A DNA stretch of 64,000 nt from Auanema rhodensis (taxonomy: Eukaryota; Animalia; Nematoda), in assembly GCA_964057225.1 (NCBI GenBank), contig OZ059899.1:16492001-16556000 (forward strand), given 5' to 3'. Every line of letters begins with the position of its first letter. Within the stretch, counting starts at the first letter, position 1. Positions 15,001 through 25,432 of the stretch are shown one piece after another. The notes beneath the pieces were generated by a model. That model worked only from the letters and a program-made list of their open reading frames with translations, was not told the DNA's origin and ran no database searches. The position numbers were made by a program, and so were the translations under genes.

Positions 15001-16944
15001 ACACATCTGAATACCCAAGTTGTAACTATTTTTGTTTGATTATAGTTGATAATATTGGAGAAACATTGACAATCACCGGACACAACGTGTCTACAGCCTG
15101 AACTTTTTTGTGAACAAATCTTGTGGATGGGGTTGATATAAACCTTTTTTCCGGAAAACTGAGAAGTCACAGCCAAATCACAACCAAGTAATTCAGATTC
15201 TACACATCTGAATACCCAAGTTGTAACTATTTTTGTTTGATTATAGTTGATAATATTGGAGAAACATTGACAATCACCGGACACAACGTGTCTACAGCCT
15301 GAACTTTTTTGTGAACAAATCTTGTGGATGGGGTTGATATAAACCTTTTTTCCGGAAAACTGAGAAGTCACAGCCAAATCACAACCAAGTAATTCAGATT
15401 CTACACATCTGAATACCCAAGTTGTAACTATTTTTGTTTGATTATAGTTGATAATATTGGAGAAACATTGACAATCACCGGACACAACGTGTCTACAGCC
15501 TGAACTTTTTTGTGAACAAATCTTGTGGATGGGGTTGATATAAACCTTTTTTCCGGAAAACTGAGAAGTCACGGCCGAATCTTACTCGGAATATCAGATT
15601 CTACACATCTGAATACCCAAGTTGTAACTATTTTTGTTTGATTATAGTTGATAATATTGGAGAAACATTGACAATCACCGGACACAACGTGTCTACAGCC
15701 TGAACTTTTTTGTGAACAAATCTTGTGGATGGGGTTGATATAAACCTTTTTTCCGGAAAACTGAGAAGTCACAGCCAAATCACAACCAAGTAATTCAGAT
15801 TCTACACATCTGAATACCCAAGTTGTAACTATTTTTGTTTGATTATAGTTGATAATATTGGAGAAACATTGACAATCACCGGACACAACGTGCCTACAGC
15901 CTGAACTTTTTTGTGAACAAATCTTGTGGATGGGGTTGATATAAACCTTTTTTCCGGAAAACTGAGAAGTCACAGCCGAATCACACCAAGTAATTCAGAT
16001 TCTACACATCTGAATACCCAAGTTGTAACTATTTGTGTCCGGTTATAGTTGATAATATTGGAGAAACATTGACAATCACCGGACACAACGTGTCTACAGC
16101 CTGAACTTTTTTGTGAACAAATCTTGTGGATGGGGTTGATATAAACCTTTTTTCCGGAAAACTGAGAAGTCACAGCCAAATCACAACCAAGTAATTCAGA
16201 TTCTACACATCTGAATACCCAAGTTGTAACTATTTTTGTTTGATTATAGTTGATAATATTGGAGAAACATTGACAATCACCGGACACAACGTGTCTACAG
16301 CCTGAACTTTTTTGTGAACAAATCTTGTGGATGGGGTTGATATAAACCTTTTTTCCGGAAAACTGAGAAGTCACAGCCAAATCACAACCAAGTAATTCAG
16401 ATTCTACACATCTGAATACCCAAGTTGTAACTATTTTTGTTTGATTATAGTTGATAATATTGGAGAAACATTGACAATCACCGGACACAACGTGTCTACA
16501 GCCTGAACTTTTTTGTGAACAAATCTTGTGGATGGGGTTGATATAAACCTTTTTTCCGGAAAACTGAGAAGTCACAGCCAAATCACAACCAAGTAATTCA
16601 GATTCTACACATCTGAATACCCAAGTTGTAACTATTTTTGTTTGATTATAGTTGATAATATTGGAGAAACATTGACAATCACCGGACACAACGTGCCTAC
16701 AGCCTGAACTTTTTTGTGAACAAATCTTGTGGATGGGGTTGATATAAACCTTTTTTCCGGAAAACTGAGAAGTCACAGCCAAATCACACCAAGTAATTCA
16801 GATTCTACACATCTGAATACCCAAGTTGTAACTATTTTTGTTTGATTATAGTTGATAATATTGGAGAAACATTGACAATCACCGGACACAACGTGCCTAC
16901 AGCCTGAACTTTTTTGTGAACAAATCTTGTGGATGGGGTTGATA
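1..16944. repeat. Tandem array of ~85 copies of a 200/201-bp unit (runs off the left edge of the window)
   Basis: The same 200-bp unit (ctgaatacccaagttgtaac...attctacacat) recurs head-to-tail with a small set of recurrent variant sites; some units carry a +1 A insertion. The array ends abruptly after ggggttgata at 16944. Confidence 0.99.
9815..9899 (+). ncRNA. Candidate pre-miRNA hairpin, miR-35/36-family-like seed (representative copy; a version is present in every array unit)
   Basis: The 5' arm gttgtaactatttgtgtccggttatagttgat pairs with the 3' arm attgacaatcaccggacacaacgtgcctacagc, including a perfect 11-bp ttgtgtccggt/accggacacaa core. Wobbles are G:U on the + strand. Putative 3p product UCACCGGACACAACGUGCCUAC (9872-9893) has nt 2-7 CACCGG. 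No expression evidence. Confidence 0.5.
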
Positions 16945-17089
16945 CGTGCCCGGTGAAATTTCAAAAGGTTTTTTGAAATTTTACGAACTCACGTGGAAAA
17001 TGGTATATAAGTAATTGTTTTCATAAAAATAATCAGGCAGTGCATGTAAACTGTCTACACTCATCAACTCCGAAATGTGAATTCAAATT

Positions 17090-17263
17090 CATTGTGTCTT
17101 CGTAGAATCAAATTCGCTGGAGCTTTGTAGGATAACTACACTGTGACTTCGTGGTATCAACTTTCCTGGATTTTCATGGGTTAGCCTCACTGGATCTTCG
17201 TGGTATGAACTGTGATTTCGTAAAATCAGCTTCACTGGATCTTTGTGGAGTCAACTTTGCTGG
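17090..17263. repeat. Degenerate 24/25-bp minisatellite (~7 copies)
   Basis: Successive variants of cactggatcttcgtggtatcaactt (cattgtgtcttcgtagaatcaaatt, cactgtgacttcgtggtatcaactt, cactggatctttgtggagtcaactt, ...). Confidence 0.7.
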
Positions 17264-18397
17264 CTGTAACCGAGTTATCGGCTCTCGGAGTTTTTTTATC
17301 TTCACAGGCTCTTCGTGAGATCAATGTTTCTCGAGCCAGTCTCGAGTGTTGGATAGATTTTGATTGAAAATCGTTTGATAATTGACAATTTACAAGAAGA
17401 TAGTCATGTGCCAGAATTGCATAACTTCAATGCTATTGATATAGCTGTTGAAGGAGTTTTAAATAGCTGAGTCAATCCATGTAAGATCAGAAATCTAAAG
17501 AGATGGTATACAAGTAAATTCTTCATATTTACAATATTTTGCAGAATTAAGCAATACAAAGCTTCAAAATAAATTGTTTGGATATATATAGAATATATAT
17601 TCTGAGATAGTTTTCATTGTAAACACAAAATGAATGATATTGTATCATTAAAGATCAGCTTCGTATAAAGTCAATAATTTATTTTAAAGAAGTTAATTGA
17701 ATTTCCTTCAATAGCAAGAAAATCTGAACAGTTTTGGTGGCGTGGATCTAGATGACCTAGGTCAATCCCCATATCCTATGGTGTGAATTACCTGCAACAC
17801 TCATATGACATACGTAACTTCATAAGTAAGTATTATATTTGATTATGTTGTTGTCAATAGTTTTTAAAAACTTTTATTCATGTGGTCTAGTAAGACCCAT
17901 AAGAGTATTTTTGGATACCTTCTCATTCTGAGAAGGTAATTAGATAGGATAATTGATTCTTCGTTGTTTTAAATAGAATTTTGGAGTTTTTGACAGTTTT
18001 GATGAAATAATAGTTAAAAGAAGATTTATGAACTGATCCAATAATTTCCAAAAGCAATATGGAAAAACATTTTGAGATTGAATTCGAGAAATATCGGTCG
18101 GAAGAATAATTCAATTTGTTCTTTTTTTATTTTTAATCAAACAGTAATTCAAGATTTGTTGTTCTTAATTTCAATTTTGTGTTTTGATTACATCAATCAT
18201 ATATTCTTCTTAACCAACTTGAAACTTGAAACTACAGATAAAACTATTTTGGAAAAGAATTCAAATGAAAGTTGAATTATACTTTATCATGAAATATATA
18301 TATTGTATTCATGTTTATATATTTTTATCTAGATAATCATTCATTTTCTTATATTTTATAACAAAAAATATTTTTTATTTTTATACAAAAAAAAATG

Positions 18398-19850
18398 AAA
18401 AAATTGAAAAATTTTTAAGATTTTCTGATTCAAATATGTCAACAAGTTTTCGTTCAAATATGTATTTATATTATTGTGAAGGTTAGTGATATTCATAAAT
18501 TGAAATTTTAAAGAAAAAAACTTCATTCAGGTACAATAATCTGTATAACTAATTCTATTTTGCTATTTTGTATATTAGCTAATACTAAAAATCGGTATAT
18601 AATCTTAATTATATGATATAGATAGTGATATTGTGTTCCAGAAATCGCCGAGAGTTCCTTTTGATTGCTGCTCAGGCTATAGCTGACGACTTATATGCTA
18701 TATCGTTCATTCTCGTAGCTGAATTACGACTTCGGTTAGCTGACGAAGGACGAGGTTCGAACTAGCTTAACGGGCTTCTTACCCTCAGGCTGTCCGACGT
18801 GTTCCTCAAATCCTTTTTCAGAAAATGGAAACTCCACTGTATGGGTCTGTGCTCTGGAACCAGCGTTGCCTATTCATGATCTATCGACTCCATTGCTTGG
18901 CTTATTGCCATTAGCAACATCTCTGAATTTCCTTGTGTGTACTGTAGCACCATTCTTCTACTTGAGAGCTGGTAAAGGCTATACAACTGTACTTATTGGA
19001 TGTTCGTTAACTATATGTTATAAATTAAGTAATTATCTTTAATTTAAGCTCCATATCTTATATCCTTTATACTGTTATTCGTTAATTATGCGATGATTTG
19101 GGAAGATGAAACACTGACTTCGTCTCTATGTGTTGCAACTAAAGGTGCTGCACACCCTGTTGTTTATGGAATTATGAGGCTTTTACGTGTCATGTCAACC
19201 TTTGTCAGTGCTATCATCTATGGATTTATCCTGGCTTATCTTCGAAAGGTTAGTTATGCTAACTATGTCTTGATACCAATTCCCAAGTAAAAAGTCTGGT
19301 GATCTGAGGTGAATCAAGTGTCGGATCTTGTGACTTGACGTCAGAAGTTCCAAGTTTCTTGCTTCCCTCTTTCCCATCAAGCATGTTGTGTTCCAATTAA
19401 TTCCAAACTTATACTCAAAATCAAAAACACAAAGTTTCAACTTGGCGGTAAAAGTTTGTTATCAAAGTTATTTTCAGAAACGTCCACAACCTTCAGAAGT
19501 ACAGCGAATGAATCATCGAAACACTACTATAACTCTAGGTATAAGCATATTCAAAAACCAATTTTGGCGCCAAAATGAATAAGAAAATGCTTTTTCAGGT
19601 TTAGTAACAATCAATTCAATGTTTTTATTATTTATACCTGATGTTATAATGTTTATTAATCCATTTAATATTCTTGCTAACTATTCTACTTTACTATATT
19701 CAATGACACTTAGTAAGGTTAATTATATTTTTATTTCTTAACTATATGTATATATAACTATACTATATAATAATCTTTTATTTTATAGACTATGATCAAT
19801 TTCTTTATTTATATGTGGAGATATCGTGAGCTTCGTCTCATTGTTATAGC
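18398..19850 (+). repeat. Left arm of a 1453-bp inverted repeat
   Basis: Reverse complement of 21345-22797; coordinates sum to 41195 throughout, as do the mirrored ORFs 19093/22102 and 19388/21807. One mismatch noticed (19827/21368). Confidence 0.97.
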
Positions 19851-19953
19851 TATGGCAAGTTGTAGACAGAAGAATATATCTCCAAGAACCGTGTCTATAA
19901 ACCCCCTCAGACGTCCACCAGATCTTGCTCTTCAGCATTGTGATACGGTATAG
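18436..19953 (+). CDS. 7TM serpentine chemoreceptor GPCR (Srsx-like), copy A, short tail
   Basis: Spliced by eye: MSTSFRSNMYLYYCEG/TIICITNSILLFCILANTKNR/NRREFLLIAAQAIADDLYAISFILV.../...LGLLPLATSLNFLVCTVAPFFYLRAG.../SPYLISFILLFVNY...IYGFILAYLRK/.../LVTINSMFLLFIPD.../TMINFFIYMWRYRELRLIVIAMASCRQKNISPRTVSINPLRRPPDLALQHCDTV*. Seven hydrophobic segments and an N-F-F-I-Y TM7 motif; GT-AG introns. The family assignment is by resemblance only. Confidence 0.8.
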
Positions 19954-20029
19954 AATTGCAGAATACATACAAAAATAGAAATTTTGATTATGTTCCGAGA
20001 GAAACTAGAGAGGTAGGGAGAAAGAAAGA

Positions 20030-20042
20030 TAGAGAGAGGTAA

Positions 20043-20075
<33 letters not shown>

Positions 20076-20106
20076 GAGGTAAAGATAGATAGAGAGAGAG
20101 AGAGAG
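20030..20106. repeat. (AG)n microsatellite
   Basis: Imperfect agagag tract. Confidence 0.9.
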
Positions 20107-21076
20107 ATGGCGGTAACTGTTACCTGACGACGTCAAATAAAATCATTTTTTATCTTTTTTTTTTTAATTTATAATAGAATTTTGATTATTTATTCAAAAG
20201 AAAAATTATTTTGGTCTATTGATATACATAGAATTGCAGATGTTGTAGATATTTTTCTTTTTTTTTATTATATATTGATATAATCGACAAATATATTCTA
20301 ATAATATTATAAATATAAATAAATAAATATTAGTATAACTATAAATTATTTTTTTATTTTCATATATTTAAAGATTTTTATTAAAAAAAAAAGTTAATAT
20401 GTCGAAATATTTTCAATTTTTATAATTTTATTTAAAAATATTTAGTTAGGTAATATAATTAATTTTATAAATTATAATTATTCTTTTAGAATCAACAACA
20501 ACAACATTCAAATCTTCCACATCTATTAGATCCTGCTATTGTTATAACATATAGTTAACTTACATACTATGTACGTACATGTACGTAATACGTATGTATA
20601 TCAAATTCAAATTTTTCAAAAAAAAAGTGAAAATGTAGACAAAAATATTTTTGATTATTCTGTTGTTTATATTATTTGTATTTATAAAACATGTGTGTGT
20701 GTGTGTATTCTATACCACAATTGATCTTGAAAGGTGATCCTGAACACTTTCCTGATTGCCTAGGTTCGGCTTAATCCTGCTAATCAGGATTTTACAAAAA
20801 CGTAGTGAAATTTACAGAAATTTTTAGACAACTTGAAACCAAAATGTTTTGAAAATTATATTTTCAAACATAAAATAAAATATTTTGTTTTTGAAAGAGA
20901 AGAATTATTTTTAAAAAATATTTATTTAATTTATAAAAATATAGTTTTAACTATGATATTATAAGAATTATGTACATATTTATATGAATATAATAAACAT
21001 TCATACATGATTCAGTTAATAATAAATCTCTCCTATCTGATAAAAAACATAAAAATTCAGATTTTAGAGCATAAAG

Positions 21077-22759
21077 TCAGTCAAACAGGGCTGGACGGGG
21101 AACCCGCAATGGCGGCAGCGATCGAGTGACGCTCGTCACATCTCCTGGCTTCAGCGAATTAGCTCGTACTTCACCAAATCTTGGCATGACCACAGATGTT
21201 CGTCGCATCATCTGAGTCTGTAGCATATCCAGCGACTTCCGAACTGTAGTTGTGCCTTCAGGACGCATCTGACTAGCTCCAGCCTGTGATAGCATGTGTG
21301 TCGACACTAGGCTACGGAAGAAGCGGGATTTTCCGCATGTGCTTGCTATAACAATGAGACGAAGCTCTCGATATCTCCACATATAAATAAAGAAATTGAT
21401 CATAGTCTATAAAATAAAAGATTATTATATAGTATAGTTATATATACATATAGTTAAGAAATAAAAATATAATTAACCTTACTAAGTGTCATTGAATATA
21501 GTAAAGTAGAATAGTTAGCAAGAATATTAAATGGATTAATAAACATTATAACATCAGGTATAAATAATAAAAACATTGAATTGATTGTTACTAAACCTGA
21601 AAAAGCATTTTCTTATTCATTTTGGCGCCAAAATTGGTTTTTGAATATGCTTATACCTAGAGTTATAGTAGTGTTTCGATGATTCATTCGCTGTACTTCT
21701 GAAGGTTGTGGACGTTTCTGAAAATAACTTTGATAACAAACTTTTACCGCCAAGTTGAAACTTTGTGTTTTTGATTTTGAGTATAAGTTTGGAATTAATT
21801 GGAACACAACATGCTTGATGGGAAAGAGGGAAGCAAGAAACTTGGAACTTCTGACGTCAAGTCACAAGATCCGACACTTGATTCACCTCAGATCACCAGA
21901 CTTTTTACTTGGGAATTGGTATCAAGACATAGTTAGCATAACTAACCTTTCGAAGATAAGCCAGGATAAATCCATAGATGATAGCACTGACAAAGGTTGA
22001 CATGACACGTAAAAGCCTCATAATTCCATAAACAACAGGGTGTGCAGCACCTTTAGTTGCAACACATAGAGACGAAGTCAGTGTTTCATCTTCCCAAATC
22101 ATCGCATAATTAACGAATAACAGTATAAAGGATATAAGATATGGAGCTTAAATTAAAGATAATTACTTAATTTATAACATATAGTTAACGAACATCCAAT
22201 AAGTACAGTTGTATAGCCTTTACCAGCTCTCAAGTAGAAGAATGGTGCTACAGTACACACAAGGAAATTCAGAGATGTTGCTAATGGCAATAAGCCAAGC
22301 AATGGAGTCGATAGATCATGAATAGGCAACGCTGGTTCCAGAGCACAGACCCATACAGTGGAGTTTCCATTTTCTGAAAAAGGATTTGAGGAACACGTCG
22401 GACAGCCTGAGGGTAAGAAGCCCGTTAAGCTAGTTCGAACCTCGTCCTTCGTCAGCTAACCGAAGTCGTAATTCAGCTACGAGAATGAACGATATAGCAT
22501 ATAAGTCGTCAGCTATAGCCTGAGCAGCAATCAAAAGGAACTCTCGGCGATTTCTGGAACACAATATCACTATCTATATCATATAATTAAGATTATATAC
22601 CGATTTTTAGTATTAGCTAATATACAAAATAGCAAAATAGAATTAGTTATACAGATTATTGTACCTGAATGAAGTTTTTTTCTTTAAAATTTCAATTTAT
22701 GAATATCACTAACCTTCACAATAATATAAATACATATTTGAACGAAAACTTGTTGACAT
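21077..22759 (-). CDS. 7TM serpentine chemoreceptor GPCR (Srsx-like), copy B, long tail
   Basis: Mirror of copy A up to ...RYRELRLIVIA. The last exon (ORF 21077-21403) continues STCGKSRFFRSLVSTH...PPLRVPRPALFD*. Confidence 0.8.
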
Positions 22760-22797
22760 ATTTGAATCAGAAAATCTTAAAAATTTTTCAATTTTTT
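21345..22797 (-). repeat. Right arm of the 1453-bp inverted repeat
   Basis: Reverse complement of 18398-19850. Confidence 0.97.
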
Positions 22798-22973
22798 TAA
22801 GAAAATAATAAATAATATTCCTAATGTCTTTGTACATAGAATTATTAGAAAATTATAAAAATAATGTTATGGCACATTTTGAAAAATCATGAAATACTGG
22901 ATTTCCTTTTGCTCTTTTTTGTTCAATCGAGCATATCTCTATCTCATGTGCTCTCCCCTTCTCTTTCTCTCTA

Positions 22974-23006
<33 letters not shown>

Positions 23007-24091
23007 TTCTTTCATTCTTTATTACGTTCAATATAATCATTCAATTTTTAATTGAACTCCTTGGATAATAAAACGGAAAATTCAACGGTATCTGTCTTTT
23101 TCTACTGACAAACATACAAAATTGAAAATAAGATAATATGAGATGAAATATGTGTATCATCATGTATTCTCATGAGATACATATATAGACGTGTAATTTC
23201 ATCTTTATTACAAAAAAATGAAGAAAAGAAAATAGATGTGAAGCTTCTTCATAATGCTTTTCAACTATTTTTTAGTAAAATTTCAATTATAATTTATGAT
23301 ATGAATAATAATTATTATTATAATAATAAGATCTTCTATTTTTCATAAGAATAATTTTTATTCCGGAATATGATATAGTTATAAATTTATTTTAGAAACA
23401 TTTATATTTAATTAAATTTCATTTATTTATTAAATTTTTCAGTTTAATATACTTTACTTTGAATATTGATAAATCTTATATATCTCATTTCATTTCTATT
23501 TCATGTAAATGTTCGGAATAAATATTCCTGATTACAAGAAAGATAGAGAAAGAGAGAGGGGAAGGGACAAAGAAAGAGAGAAAAAGAGGTGGGAGGGAGG
23601 GAAGTGGAGGAGGATAAAGATAGCTATGGAGAGTGATTAAAAGCCTTTTTTTTCTCCTTTTTCTTCATATTTTTTCCAGTTAAAATACATAATTGGAAAC
23701 ATTGAAAGCTGACAGCTATGACGATTTATACGAATTACATGTAATTGAATAAATTAATATATTTCATTTTGTATAAATAGCATATGTTAAAGTTTGGATG
23801 TTTAATAGATGAAAAAACATTTTAATCTTTTCATATAAAAAAAAAAATAAAAATTTAGATGATCATGTTATATAGAATTTGAATATTAAAGATCAAAATA
23901 AGAATCACATAATAAAATAAAATTTTTTTGTTTCAAATATATAGATAACATAATAGAAATTATGCAAAAACATAATGAGAATGTCATGGTCATTATGAGA
24001 AACAAGTAAGCATAAACTTTGGGAAATACGTGAGTATGTTCACGTGCATTTTTTTTTTTTTTGCAAAATGATAATACAAACAGAGAACAAG

Positions 24092-24095
<4 letters not shown>

Positions 24096-24152
<57 letters not shown>
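24096..24152. repeat. (AG)n microsatellite
   Basis: Pure AG run of ~28 units. Confidence 0.95.
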
Positions 24153-24156
<4 letters not shown>

Positions 24157-25432
24157 ACTATCTCATAGTAAGAATAGAAATACAAAGAATGGAATTTGAA
24201 TAGACAACGTGTTGTAGTAGTTGTTTCATTTTCTTTCAGAATAATTCATAAAATATAAGATTCTATTGTTTCTTTAGTATACTATACTATACATATTTAT
24301 AACTTATGAAACTTACCCAAAACTCATTTTTAACAGAGAAAATAGTTGAATGTTCTTCCAATATTAATGAATATTTCTTATATTTCTTATATATTTCTTG
24401 ATTATCAATTAATATTCATTATTATTATCATCATCATTATATATAGATAATAACATATATTTTACTTATATTACTTATAAGATTAGAAATTTATCTGCTG
24501 AAATATATTTTTTTATGAAAAAAAAGAAAAGAAAATTGAATACATATTTAGTTAAATGAAGATTATTAAAATAATAATTTAAAGAAAATATATAGTAGAA
24601 TATTATATGTTTCATTTTTAATGAATAAAACAAGTAGATTTCATAAAAAAAAAGAAATATATATATATATATAGTTAAATATCTCAATTTATAAGAATTT
24701 TTCATTAAATTATATGAATAGTTAAAGAATGAAATTGTTAAATTTATATATAAATATAATTAAATAAAACAATATTATATTGATATTTATATACAAAAGA
24801 AATATTTGATAATTGATCTTTATATTTTAATGAATATTCTATTATTTTTATTTATAATTTAACTATATGGTTGAAACAATAATATAATTAATATTATATT
24901 CATTTATATTTGTTTTTTCATATAAAATAAAATTTAATTATATATAAATATTTTCTTTCATTCAGGTTAAACAGTTGTCATAAAAAATTTTTGAATGTGT
25001 TTCGCACAGGTGTATGAAGCTGATTAGAGTAACAGCATCCGCAATAGAACATGAAGCAACAGAACATAGTACGAAGAGAAGAATTGTGAATATATCATCA
25101 GATCTCCGAAATTCTTTTCAATTAGTTGAGTTTTCGATTAAAATAACGCCGCCCACCAACTTATAAACCTTTCCCTCCCTCTCCTCTCTCTTCTATTTTT
25201 CCCTCTAAGTCTCTCTCTCTCTCTCCCTCTCTCTCTCTATATTAAGATTGAGTAGTCTAAATAGATTTGTCATATATCATATAGTATATAACTTGTATAA
25301 TCAAATCATATTTATATGTACATATAAATATTTTATATTGGTGATTACTGATACGTAATTTAAGGAAACAAGGAAGAAAATATGCTCTCTAAAAGCATTA
25401 TTAATAAAATTTTGTTTTTTTCTCAGAAATTA

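Noticed and set aside
1-16944. CRISPR array, or 5S/tRNA/SL/snRNA/sbRNA/piRNA array
   Set aside because: No unique spacers, and the context is eukaryotic. No A/B boxes, SL leader, 5S sequence, sbRNA GTGGGTTATC motif or CTGTTTCA Ruby motif found.
161-16964. About 75 minus-strand ORFs of 63-270 aa in the array
   Set aside because: They use non-ATG starts, the 200-bp unit is not a multiple of 3, and longer ORFs arise only where a +1 insertion makes a 201-bp unit. No splice signals or protein-like features.
17355-17700. Possible exon fragments next to the array (ILIENRLIIDNLQEDSH...)
   Set aside because: Short, interrupted by stops, with no coherent gene model or recognisable homology.
19560-19576. 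Palindrome attttggcgccaaaat (mirrored at ~21620) as an elimination motif
   Set aside because: Short, lies within a GPCR intron, and resembles a generic E2F-like TTTGGCGC site; no supporting evidence.
18398-22797. Inverted repeat as the TIRs of a foldback or DNA transposon
   Set aside because: The arms consist of a spliced host GPCR gene; no transposase and no target-site duplication evident.
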